Assembly: GCA_049971295.1 (NCBI GenBank) | Contig: JBMFLH010000026.1 | Span: 1 to 25,419 of the forward strand | DNA from: Candidatus Ratteibacteria bacterium | GTDB lineage: Bacteria > Ratteibacteria > UBA8468 > B48-G9 > DTJG01 | Direction of reading: 5' to 3' | Length of the DNA stretch: 25,419 nt | In this document: positions 7,200-16,155 of the stretch, one piece after another | How the letters are laid out: each line of letters starts with the position of its first letter | Position numbering within the stretch: the stretch's first letter is position 1 | Made by a program: the position numbers and the translations under genes | The notes under the pieces: model-generated | Databases searched by the model: none | Told to the model about the DNA's origin: nothing | Seen by the model: the letters and a program-made list of their open reading frames with translations, nothing else

Positions 7200-8243
7200 T
7201 TATCTGAATTTTGTGTTTTTCTTTGCCTCAGAAATAATTTTCATTACTTCGAGCGCCTGTTTCCATGTGATTGGAAATGGCTTATTATTTCTGATAGATT
7301 CATATAGATAATCCCATATAAAGTGCATCTCGACATTCAACCGAGGATTAACCTTTATCGTTTCTTCAATCCATACAAGCTTCTCAGCAGAACCAAAATC
7401 CATTCCAGGAGTTCCAGGATTGATTTTCAATTCTGGCAAAGGCACCTGTGGGTCAAGATAACGAAGTTTGATTTCATTACCACTACATTCAAGAGCGCCC
7501 TTAGTACCAAAAACAAGGTATTCTGACTCTGTTATCGCTGCGCCACCGCTGATTTCAAGGTCTACAATTCTTTGATTTTTTCCTTTAAGAACTATATGAA
7601 TATGGTCTTCTGCATCACCAGCAGCCACAACCCTTTTTAAATCACTCCACATTTCCTTCACAGGTGATTGAAGAAAACATAACGCGTGGTCAATAATATG
7701 CGGACCCCAGTTAAGCAATAATCCTCCGCCATACTTCTTTAATGTTTGCCAGTCATTCCGACGATTATAATGGTTCCGACGAAGTTTTATTTCAAAAACA
7801 TCTCCTAAAATTCCTGAATCAATAATTTCCATGACATGCTGAAACGCCGGTTCAAAACGCCGGTTATGACGAACAAACAATTTTTTCTTTTTGCTGGCAG
7901 GCAATCTATCAATCTTCAATGCTTCACCATAACTGGTCGCCATCGGTTTTTCAACAAATACGTATTTATTTGCCTTTAAAGCCATGATTGCATGTTTTAC
8001 GTGGTCGTTAGAACGGCTTGCGACATCAACCAGTTCAACATCAGGATCATTAATCAGGTCTTCAACTTTCTTGTAAACTTTGCATTCGTATTTCTCCACA
8101 AAACGCTTTCTGAAATCATCTACAATGTCGCAACCAGCAACAATTTTAAATTTATCCTTGAAATTATCCAGTTCAGAACAATGCATACCCCATCCCGCTC
8201 TGCCCAGTCCTATGATTCCAACTTTAATTGGACTATTTTTCAT
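7200..8243 (-). CDS. Gfo/Idh/MocA family NAD(P)-dependent oxidoreductase
   Basis: VGIIGLGRAG Rossmann motif, VEKPMA, HNRRF, GGGLLLNWGPHIID. Confidence 0.92.
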   Translation of the reverse strand: MKNSPIKVGIIGLGRAGWGMHCSELDNFKDKFKIVAGCDIVDDFRKRFVEKYECKVYKKVEDLINDPDVELVDVASRSNDHVKHAIMALKANKYVFVEKPMATSYGEALKIDRLPASKKKKLFVRHNRRFEPAFQHVMEIIDSGILGDVFEIKLRRNHYNRRNDWQTLKKYGGGLLLNWGPHIIDHALCFLQSPVKEMWSDLKRVVAAGDAEDHIHIVLKGKNQRIVDLEISGGAAITESEYLVFGTKGALECSGNEIKLRYLDPQVPLPELKINPGTPGMDFGSAEKLVWIEETIKVNPRLNVEMHFIWDYLYESIRNNKPFPITWKQALEVMKIISEAKKNTKFR

Positions 8244-8262
8244 TTCGCTCTTCTCCTTTTAT

Positions 8263-9006
8263 TCAAAACCCTGCCTGTTTAAGATAATTCCTGCTCTTTG
8301 CAAGGTCTATCAATGGGTCCTGAAGATGTGTATCCTGTTCCACAAAAACCCATCCATCATATCCACATTTCACCAGCTCTTTCATAACCTTGATGTTATC
8401 AAGCCCAATATTGCCTGCTCCCAGTTCGCAAAATCTTCCTCTTTTTGTCCATTGGTCTAATCCAATTTCTGGTTTCAAAACCAGCCAATCTTTCAAATGC
8501 ACTGATACCAGCCGATTTCCATATTTTTTCACAATTTCAACAGGGTCCCCACCTGCAGCAGCAAGATGCGCTGTATCAAGTATCAAACCACATTCAGGAC
8601 ACCGGCTCAAAAATTCCTCGAGTTGCTCCTGAGTTTCCACCATTGACCCAAGATGATTATGAAGCCCAACCCGAATACCCCACTTTTTGCAAATCTCAAC
8701 CTGATGATTTACCTGCCTGCAAAATACGTCAAATGTATCGCCAGTCACGGCTGTCCACACATAATTCTTGCCAAGCGCAGACGTCCATTGAATCGATGCC
8801 TGTGGAGTAGGACCAAGACACGTTGCAAAATCCATACCCAGTCTTTTGTAAGTCGCCGAGCGCAAAAGCGCCTCTGAAGGACTATTTGCCACAAGTCGTT
8901 CAGTACCCTCGTATCCTATTTCTTTTAATCCTATCAGACGCTGCTCAATATCAAACAATCCGCCATCCCACACATTCATACCATAATCAGCAACTCCAAT
9001 TTTCAT
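8263..9006 (-). CDS. Sugar phosphate isomerase/epimerase TIM barrel (IolE/MocC-like)
   Basis: LHNH, LDTAH, VHLKD, FCELGAG, GYDGWVFVEQD. Start set to ATG 9006 (AAGGGGG RBS). Confidence 0.85.
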   Translation of the reverse strand: MKIGVADYGMNVWDGGLFDIEQRLIGLKEIGYEGTERLVANSPSEALLRSATYKRLGMDFATCLGPTPQASIQWTSALGKNYVWTAVTGDTFDVFCRQVNHQVEICKKWGIRVGLHNHLGSMVETQEQLEEFLSRCPECGLILDTAHLAAAGGDPVEIVKKYGNRLVSVHLKDWLVLKPEIGLDQWTKRGRFCELGAGNIGLDNIKVMKELVKCGYDGWVFVEQDTHLQDPLIDLAKSRNYLKQAGF

Positions 9007-9110
9007 TTTGCTTTCCCCCTTTGTAAAAAAATTATGCACGGCATTATAACTTTATATTATTCGCAACAATGTTTGTAAAATAACAGATGGCAGAAACATT
9101 TAATCCCACT

Positions 9111-12100
9111 CTATTCTGTGTTAATCCTGATGCAATCCAATTTTTCAAGATTTTTTAACTCAATCTGATAAGCGTCAACTGAAACCTTTTTAAAGGAACA
9201 TTTTGAGAAAACTGACGAAACAGATTTTATGTTTTCCTGTCCTGGAGAAAAAGTAATTTTCACATCTTTAAGATTTTTTCCTGTGTAATTGATGAGGAAA
9301 ATCACATAGCCAGTTTCTGATTTTCTCAATATCGTTTCAACCAGCGGTTCGCTACAAGAAACTGGGCTTTTTATACCTGAAAGGAAATATCTGAAAATTT
9401 CCGGGATTTCATCTTTAAACGAAGTGGGTATAAAACTCTGAAGTTCATCAATCCCACCTCTTCCATATGGCCTGATAGGTATCGCTGGCTTGAAGTAAGT
9501 TGGTCCTGGTAGGAAACCCATAATAATTGCCTTTCCTTTTCCATAAAAATTTTCAATGCATGCTGGCTCTCCATTTCTGTATCTGGCAATTACTTTCCCT
9601 GAACCAGTTTGAAAAATCTGTCTGTACCCATAAATATCAAACCCAATTTTTCTGTTGCCAATGTGATTAAAAACAACAAAATCCAGTGGTTCTGCGTGGA
9701 CAAGTTCAAGCTTTGGTCTTAAGGCAAGCACCTCTTTTTGTAATTTTGCATCTGTAATTCCGAATACATCCATCAAAATATTCATTGGCTTATTGTAATT
9801 ATCAGAAAGTCCGCCGCCTGCAACAGAAATTAATGTTCCGCCCTGCTGTACCCAATTTTTTAATGCCTGCGCAGCAGCTGGCTTGAGATGGTCTGCTACC
9901 AGTATAAAAACATCGTAATTTTTCAGGTATCCTTCGATAAGATCTTCCTCAGAAAGTATATCAACAGGATATTGAAAGTGTCTTAAAATCAAATACAGGT
10001 TCTGCCGTTCCTGTGGATAAACGCAATTTTCGCAGAGACGACTGTTTTCTGGTTTCAAAGAAAGGTCCCAGATGTCTGTGCTTGAAGACCAGCCAATGGC
10101 AATTCTTGCTGGAACAAGTTTTGAATTAAGAATATCGTCTTCAACCTTGCTAAGTGTATAACTGACCTTTTTTATGCCCTTCATTACATCGGGGCATCCA
10201 ATAAATGTACATTCCATTATCCAGCCAAAGTAATAGTAATGAAGCCACCTAAAATCCTGTGTATACATGGGATAACTGGCAAGTTCAACATAATCACCTG
10301 TATAACCCCGATTACCATCTGCAATCAAATATGAACCCATTGGACAATTGTGGTATTTACTCAATGCTCTTGCGAGCGCTGCTTCATATGACTGAGTTTG
10401 TGGTCCAATATAGTCAGGTGTTCCACCCCATCCCCAGGAAATTTCGCTTGAAAATTCAGTTACGCCTCTTTCCCTAAACAACAAAAATGGATCATCCCCT
10501 CTTGCAAGGACAGGCATTGAGCCAGTTGATGGATAAAAACTTCCTGAATTGGTTCTTGTGCCTTCCGGAAAGTATTTTTCTATCAATTCTGTTGCTTTAG
10601 CATTCAATCTTGCAAATATCAAAGATCTGAAACGATTCTGATGATAAAATGCAATATCTGAATCTTTTTCCACGTCATCAGGACTCAGGTCTTCGGATTT
10701 CAAATAATCAATGTATTGTTGTTTAAGCCCATCATATGTCATCAGAGTTCCAAAAGAAGGTGGACCAGATTCTTCAATCAACTTTATTCTGTATGGAATT
10801 TTTCTTCCTAGAGTTTTTTCAATATCCTGAACGATTTTTTTGTATCTTTCTTCAAGAGCAGTAAAATTACCCTGATAACATTCCTTTGTCATGTGCAGAT
10901 TTTGTAACGTTAAAGCTCCGGTTGTCGTGTCAAATCCTTTAAGTGTGGGGTTCATTCCAAAAATTTCTGGCTGACTGCTATATGCGGCAGCATTTGCACC
11001 ACAGGCAATCGCGAGGGCAAATTGTTCTTTCAAATACTTTTGTCCAAGACCAAATGCTATGAGAAGTTTTTTTGCGGGACTACCTGAAAGTTTATATTCA
11101 TCGAGGATTTCCTTTTGTTTTTGCAAAATTTCTTCTACTGTCAGGGCTTTGTTCTTACCGAGAAGTCCCTCTTCATATCTTTGTTTTCCAATAGCGACAA
11201 TTACAGAACAATTCTGTTCGGGTTGATTTAATTCAATTTTCTTAACAGTTTTTTTCAAACTTTCACTGGCAATTTCAATGATAACTTTTCCTGCTCCTTT
11301 TTTAGAAATACCGATTTCAGGTGGCATCACAGTTGATACCAGAATTACTTGCCAGTTAGTGCTTTCTCCTGAATTCAGCATTTCTCCTTTCTTTGGCTTA
11401 TCTTTTGATAATCTGTCTTTTAAGGCGTAATAAACTTCCCTTGTACCTTTGTAGTAACCAATTAAATAAAGTGATGTTTGAATACTTACACTAACTGAAC
11501 CTTCAAGACAACTCACTTTGATATAAACAGGTTTTTTGAATTTTGAAATGATTGGTGGTTCGAAAGGACTGCGCCAATTCCAATCATTTCCAGGAACAAT
11601 GGAAAGATCGTCTGTAACGTACACAAGATCAATCACCCTTTTCGCAGCAGGTTTTTCATTGATGCCTTTAGAAATCACCATTTTTGCGTGCCCCTTTTCA
11701 AGTTCTGCATCCATGCCCTGATAACAGAAATCAGTATTGTGCCAGAACCAAGCGAGTTGCTCTGTATAACCTCTGTTAAATGGGAAGTATTTTTTATCAC
11801 CCTTTTTACCAAAAACCTGTTCCGCCTTCACTTTACCATTTTGAATGATTGATATCTTGAAAACAGAACCAAAACCATAGCAACTTTCGTATCTCACCCA
11901 CAGATTGTATTTTTTTGTTTCAGGGATTTCAATATCTTTTGTGGCAACTGCTGGTAAATCGGTTGCATCTGCCATTATTAAATTCAAACTCCATATATTC
12001 GGCTGAGACGAAAAATAACCACCAGAAACAACTTTCCAGCCATTTGAAAGTTTAAAATGCTCTGCTTCAACTGGTAGTTCGAATCCCATCGCAATACCTC

Positions 12101-12146
12101 CCCAAAGGAATAAACACGTAGCAAAAATTACGCATACCTTTTTCAT
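9111..12146 (-). CDS. Large secreted glycoside-hydrolase-like protein with a C-terminal GH42-type beta-galactosidase trimerisation domain
   Basis: Signal-peptide-like N-terminus followed by EAE (CBM-like start); ARIAI...YPVDILSEEDL...YDVFIL...LKNWVQQGGTLI...D.YN...VFGI...N.YGKGKA pattern. Confidence 0.6.
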   Translation of the reverse strand: MKKVCVIFATCLFLWGGIAMGFELPVEAEHFKLSNGWKVVSGGYFSSQPNIWSLNLIMADATDLPAVATKDIEIPETKKYNLWVRYESCYGFGSVFKISIIQNGKVKAEQVFGKKGDKKYFPFNRGYTEQLAWFWHNTDFCYQGMDAELEKGHAKMVISKGINEKPAAKRVIDLVYVTDDLSIVPGNDWNWRSPFEPPIISKFKKPVYIKVSCLEGSVSVSIQTSLYLIGYYKGTREVYYALKDRLSKDKPKKGEMLNSGESTNWQVILVSTVMPPEIGISKKGAGKVIIEIASESLKKTVKKIELNQPEQNCSVIVAIGKQRYEEGLLGKNKALTVEEILQKQKEILDEYKLSGSPAKKLLIAFGLGQKYLKEQFALAIACGANAAAYSSQPEIFGMNPTLKGFDTTTGALTLQNLHMTKECYQGNFTALEERYKKIVQDIEKTLGRKIPYRIKLIEESGPPSFGTLMTYDGLKQQYIDYLKSEDLSPDDVEKDSDIAFYHQNRFRSLIFARLNAKATELIEKYFPEGTRTNSGSFYPSTGSMPVLARGDDPFLLFRERGVTEFSSEISWGWGGTPDYIGPQTQSYEAALARALSKYHNCPMGSYLIADGNRGYTGDYVELASYPMYTQDFRWLHYYYFGWIMECTFIGCPDVMKGIKKVSYTLSKVEDDILNSKLVPARIAIGWSSSTDIWDLSLKPENSRLCENCVYPQERQNLYLILRHFQYPVDILSEEDLIEGYLKNYDVFILVADHLKPAAAQALKNWVQQGGTLISVAGGGLSDNYNKPMNILMDVFGITDAKLQKEVLALRPKLELVHAEPLDFVVFNHIGNRKIGFDIYGYRQIFQTGSGKVIARYRNGEPACIENFYGKGKAIIMGFLPGPTYFKPAIPIRPYGRGGIDELQSFIPTSFKDEIPEIFRYFLSGIKSPVSCSEPLVETILRKSETGYVIFLINYTGKNLKDVKITFSPGQENIKSVSSVFSKCSFKKVSVDAYQIELKNLEKLDCIRINTE

Positions 12147-13180
12147 TTACTTACCTTTGTAAATTTTATGTTTTTGGCGCCAAAATCAGATTCTGTCAAT
12201 TCTTTGATTATTTTATATACTGAAAGGCCTGTGTCAAATTCTGGGAATCCTGGCTTTTTCTGAATAAAGGAAATAATATGTACTTTGCAGGGCCGTCCAT
12301 CAGGATAAAGTTCTATCCATACCAATGGTGCAATTCTGGTATACCTGCCAAGATTCCAGCCATAATTAACAAAATTTCCTAAACTGTATGCAATGAATCT
12401 ATCTTTGTACACTTCAACCGCTCTTGGCACATGAGGACCATGCATTAAAATTACGTCTGCTCCATTATCAATCGCACCATGAGCAAGAAGTACTGGATTA
12501 CCTCTATTTTCACCAAGAAACATTTCAGTTGAATTTTTTGTATGAATTGCGTTTTCTCCCTCTGCACCTGCGTGAAAAGAAACAATAAGAATATCGCACT
12601 TTTTTGAAAGATTTCTTATTTCATTGAAAACAACAGCAGGATTAACGATTGAGCGGGTTCTCAAACCATAGGTAAAACCTGTAAAACAGATTTTTATACC
12701 ATTTATCAAAAATTCTGCAGTTTCACCATCTATTGATAGAAACTGAATCCCACTTTGAGTCAGAAACTTTTTCGTCTGAGATTCCCCATACGCACCAAAA
12801 TCCCTGATGTGATTGTTCGCGATAGAAACAACATCAAAACCAGCATCAACCAGTACATCGCAAAAGTCAGGCCTTGTTCTGAACACAAATGTATTTTTTT
12901 CTTTGATATTTTTTGTCGGTATGCCATTGTTGCATAGCACTGTTTCAAGATTGCAGAAGGCAATGTCAGCACTTTTGATAATGTCTTTACAATGTTTGAA
13001 AATCAATGTTCTTTGATTTTTGTCAGGAGTCATGTTATTGGGATAGTCAGAACCAAAATTGACATCTCCGGCTGCCACGATTGAAATTGTTTTTTCCTTT
13101 GTTTCTCTTACGTTCAGGCAACCAGAAAAACAAAAAGCACAGACGAAAAATGTTAAGAACATGCGCACAATGACTTTCAT
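12143..13180 (-). CDS. CapA/PgsA-family metallophosphoesterase, probable lipoprotein
   Basis: AAGDVNFG, CNLET, SIANNHIRDFG, SFHAGAE, HGPHVPR, AYSLGNF; lipobox FSGC. Start moved from 13465 to ATG 13180. Confidence 0.85.
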   Translation of the reverse strand: MKVIVRMFLTFFVCAFCFSGCLNVRETKEKTISIVAAGDVNFGSDYPNNMTPDKNQRTLIFKHCKDIIKSADIAFCNLETVLCNNGIPTKNIKEKNTFVFRTRPDFCDVLVDAGFDVVSIANNHIRDFGAYGESQTKKFLTQSGIQFLSIDGETAEFLINGIKICFTGFTYGLRTRSIVNPAVVFNEIRNLSKKCDILIVSFHAGAEGENAIHTKNSTEMFLGENRGNPVLLAHGAIDNGADVILMHGPHVPRAVEVYKDRFIAYSLGNFVNYGWNLGRYTRIAPLVWIELYPDGRPCKVHIISFIQKKPGFPEFDTGLSVYKIIKELTESDFGAKNIKFTKVSK

Positions 13181-13218
13181 AATGTCTAAGTTTATCACAA
13201 AAACTCTGTGACTTCCTG

Positions 13219-13246
13219 TTGAAAAAAACTGAAAATTTGATAGAAT
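13219..13246 (+). promoter_or_regulatory. Sigma70 promoter for nth operon (leaderless geometry)
   Basis: TTGAAA-16-TGn-TAGAAT; ATG starts 6 nt after the -10; no Shine-Dalgarno. Confidence 0.65.
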
Positions 13247-13252
13247 AATTCT

Positions 13253-13882
13253 ATGGAAAAGATTAATAACCTGTTGAAAATTCTTGAAAAAGAATACCCT
13301 GAAACAAAAACGGCTCTGAATTTTCAAACCCCATTTCAACTTCTGGTGGCAACAATACTCTCTGCCCAGACCACAGACACTCAGGTGAATAAAATTATTC
13401 CGAAACTCTTTGAAAAATTTCCAACGCCACGTGATTTTTGTCGCGCCGACCTGAAGGAAATTCAAAGTCTGGTTTCATCTGTCAACTTTTACAAAAATAA
13501 AGCGAAAAACATAAAATTAGCTGCAGAAAAAATTGTGAAGGAATTCGGAGGCGAAGTTCCAGATACTATGGAAAATCTCCTGAAACTTCCTGGAGTCGCC
13601 AGGAAGACGGCAAATGTTGTGCTCAATCAGGCATTTGGAAAAAATCAGGGAATAGTCGTTGACACTCATGTGAGAAGAGTGAGCCAGCGGCTTGGACTAA
13701 CAAAAAACACAGATCCAGTAAAGATTGAACAGGACCTGATGAAAATCATCCCTCAAGAACAATGGGGAAGTTTCTCATTTCGCCTCGTTCAACACGGAAG
13801 AAAAATTTGCACTGCAAAAAAACCATTGTGCGATAGATGCATTTTTATGAAAACGTGTCCATCTGCAAAGGTAACAAAATGA
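13253..13882 (+). CDS. nth: Endonuclease III
   Basis: LLVATILSAQTTD, HhH LPGVARKTAN, VDTHV, C-x6-C-x2-C-x5-C Fe-S motif. Confidence 0.96.
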   Translation: MEKINNLLKILEKEYPETKTALNFQTPFQLLVATILSAQTTDTQVNKIIPKLFEKFPTPRDFCRADLKEIQSLVSSVNFYKNKAKNIKLAAEKIVKEFGGEVPDTMENLLKLPGVARKTANVVLNQAFGKNQGIVVDTHVRRVSQRLGLTKNTDPVKIEQDLMKIIPQEQWGSFSFRLVQHGRKICTAKKPLCDRCIFMKTCPSAKVTK

Positions 13883-14277
13883 CACAGAAAAAGATATTTG
13901 TCGTGCATGAGCACTTTGCAAAAAGGCACCATTACGACCTTCGACTGGAAATCAATGGCGTATTAAAATCATGGGCAATTCCTAAGGAAATACCTTCAAA
14001 AAAAGGTGAAAAGCGGCTTGCCGTCGAAGTTGACGACCATCCCTTAGAATATGCGTCATTTGAGGGCGAAATACCTGAAGGCATGTATGGCGCAGGCAAG
14101 GTTTCAATCTGGGATTCAGGTCATTTTCTGCTTTTGAAAAAAGAAAAAAAAGCCATAGAAGTAGACTTAAGAGGGAAAAAGCTCAGGGGTATTTACGTTC
14201 TATTATTATTCAGGGAAGAAAATGGAAAAAAGAACTGGTTGCTGTTTAAAAAATATGGGTCAGATCAGCATCATTGA
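13879..14277 (+). CDS. Stand-alone LigD-type DNA 3'-phosphoesterase
   Basis: FVVHEH-x4-HHYDLRLE, LKSWAIPK, KRLAVEVDDHPLEYASFEGEIP, YGAG-V-IWD-G; ATGA overlap with the nth stop. Confidence 0.9.
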   Translation: MTQKKIFVVHEHFAKRHHYDLRLEINGVLKSWAIPKEIPSKKGEKRLAVEVDDHPLEYASFEGEIPEGMYGAGKVSIWDSGHFLLLKKEKKAIEVDLRGKKLRGIYVLLLFREENGKKNWLLFKKYGSDQHH

Positions 14278-15016
14278 AGCATTCATTTTTTTATTTTTAA
14301 TTTCTGGTTGTACGCTAAGTGTTGCCACAAAGTATCCAGAAAAACAATCCACGAAAAAAAAGACGGCATCAAGCAAACAGGTTATATCAAAACCATCCCA
14401 GCCACAGGGTGTCTGGCATACAGTAAAAAAAGGTGAAAACCTTTACAGGATTTCTTTGTATTATGAGGTTTCACAACAGGATATCAAAAAAGCCAATAAT
14501 ATAGACTCAGATAGTTTGTTTGTTGGTCAAAAACTTTTCATTCCAGGGACAAACAAGAAGGCACCAATTTTTGCGCTCACTCCTGATTTCAGTCAACCCC
14601 GAGCAGAATCAAAAGTTGTAGAACAACCTGTGCCGGAAACAAAAATTATCAGAGAACCAGAATATGCGTGGCCTGTGGAGGGAAAAATCATCTGCACCTA
14701 TGGAGAACTTGGAAACAAGGGCATTGACATCCTCACCACTCCATCTTCTCCTGTAAAAGCAGCAAAGGATGGTAAAGTCGTCTTTGTTGGAACGACGACA
14801 AAATACGGAGAAACAATTATCATCGAACATGAAAACGAAATGTTTTCTGTTTACGGACACGACCTAATTGTGAAAGTAAAACAGGGGCAAACTGTGAAAA
14901 AGGGTTCCATCATAGGAGAGATGAAAAATACAACTCAGGCGAGAAGATACCTGCATTTTGAAATCAGGCACAAAAACGACCCCGTCAATCCGTTAAATTT
15001 ACTGGAGATGAAATGA
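14255..15016 (+). CDS. LysM + M23 (NlpD-like) lipoprotein
   Basis: Lipobox ISGC; LysM HTVKKGENLYRIS...VGQKLFIP; M23 WPVEG, NKGIDI, LHFEIR. The first Zn-His is replaced by Asn, as in NlpD. Confidence 0.85.
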   Translation: MGQISIIEAFIFLFLISGCTLSVATKYPEKQSTKKKTASSKQVISKPSQPQGVWHTVKKGENLYRISLYYEVSQQDIKKANNIDSDSLFVGQKLFIPGTNKKAPIFALTPDFSQPRAESKVVEQPVPETKIIREPEYAWPVEGKIICTYGELGNKGIDILTTPSSPVKAAKDGKVVFVGTTTKYGETIIIEHENEMFSVYGHDLIVKVKQGQTVKKGSIIGEMKNTTQARRYLHFEIRHKNDPVNPLNLLEMK

Positions 15017-16155
15017 GAAGCAGAAAAGACTGGGAAGAGATAGAAGAAAAAACTCTTGCACCTTATGCGGTCAAAAGTGATCAGCACCTTGGCAGAAAAT
15101 ATCCAGAAAAGGAGCATCCATTAAGAACCGCATTTCAACGGGACAGAGACAGAATTATTCATTCCACGGCATTCAGGCGACTCGAATACAAAACCCAGGT
15201 TTTCATTTACCATGAAGGCGACTATTACAGAAATCGTCTCACTCATACCATTGAAGTTCAACAGATTGCGCGTTCGATAGCAAGAAATCTGGGCATTAAC
15301 GAAGATCTGACAGAAGCCATTTCTCTCGCGCATGACATTGGGCACACTCCTTTTGGCCACAAGGGAGAACAAGCTCTTAATGAAATTATGAAAAAGTTTG
15401 GAAAAAGTTTTGAACACAATATGCATGGGCTGAGAGTTGTCGACATTCTTGAGATAAGATACCCCCAGTTTGAAGGACTTAATCTTACGTATGAAGTAAG
15501 AGAAGGCATCATCAAGCACAAAACAAGTTATGACAGCCCTGAAGTATCAGAATTTACTGAACACAGATCTCCGAGTTTGGAGGCGCAGGTCGTTAATCTT
15601 GCGGACGAAATTGCTTATACCAGCCATGACCTTGACGATGGACTGAAAAGTGGCATTCTCAATGAGGAGGAACTCTCCTGCCTTGAAATATGGCAAAGTG
15701 TGATAAAGAAAATCAAAAGAGATGTGGATGAAAGAATTTTAAGAACAACTATCGTCAGGACCCTTATCAATTTACTGGTCGAAGACCTTATTAAAACAAG
15801 TGAAGAACAAATAAAAAAAAACAATATCAAATCAGTGGCAGATGTTAGAAAATTGCCTCAACTGATTGGATTCAGTCCCACGGTTTACGCTCAATATAAC
15901 CAGTTAAAGAATCTTCTTCTTGAAAAAATGTACAATCATTACAGGGTCATAAGAATGGCAGAAAAAGCAGCACGCATTATCAAAGACCTTTTTGAAGCGT
16001 ATTATGAAGAACCAAGACAGATGCCTCCGCATGCTTATAGACGAATTGATAAAGAATCAAAAGAACAGGTTATATGCGATTATCTCGCTGGCATGACCGA
16101 CAGGTTCGCTCAGGAAGAACACAAAAAACTTTTTGACCCTCACAGTATCGTATAA
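15013..16155 (+). CDS. dgt: dGTP triphosphohydrolase-like HD protein
   Basis: FQRDRDRIIHSTAFRRLEYKTQVF, RLTH, AHDIGHTPFGH, DEIAYTSHDLDDG, DYLAGMTDRFA. Confidence 0.93.
   Translation: MRSRKDWEEIEEKTLAPYAVKSDQHLGRKYPEKEHPLRTAFQRDRDRIIHSTAFRRLEYKTQVFIYHEGDYYRNRLTHTIEVQQIARSIARNLGINEDLTEAISLAHDIGHTPFGHKGEQALNEIMKKFGKSFEHNMHGLRVVDILEIRYPQFEGLNLTYEVREGIIKHKTSYDSPEVSEFTEHRSPSLEAQVVNLADEIAYTSHDLDDGLKSGILNEEELSCLEIWQSVIKKIKRDVDERILRTTIVRTLINLLVEDLIKTSEEQIKKNNIKSVADVRKLPQLIGFSPTVYAQYNQLKNLLLEKMYNHYRVIRMAEKAARIIKDLFEAYYEEPRQMPPHAYRRIDKESKEQVICDYLAGMTDRFAQEEHKKLFDPHSIV

Noticed and set aside
9040..9105. AATGTTT...AAACATT inverted repeat and candidate promoter/LacI-type site upstream of the TIM-barrel gene
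   Set aside because: Short, AT-rich and ambiguous; several competing -10/-35 pairings, none convincing.
13181..13465. N-terminal extension of the CapA ORF
   Set aside because: Overlaps nth on the opposite strand; the lipoprotein signal begins at 13180.
14255..15016. Missing Zn ligand in the M23 domain as a novelty
   Set aside because: NKGID is the known degenerate NlpD-type amidase-activator signature.
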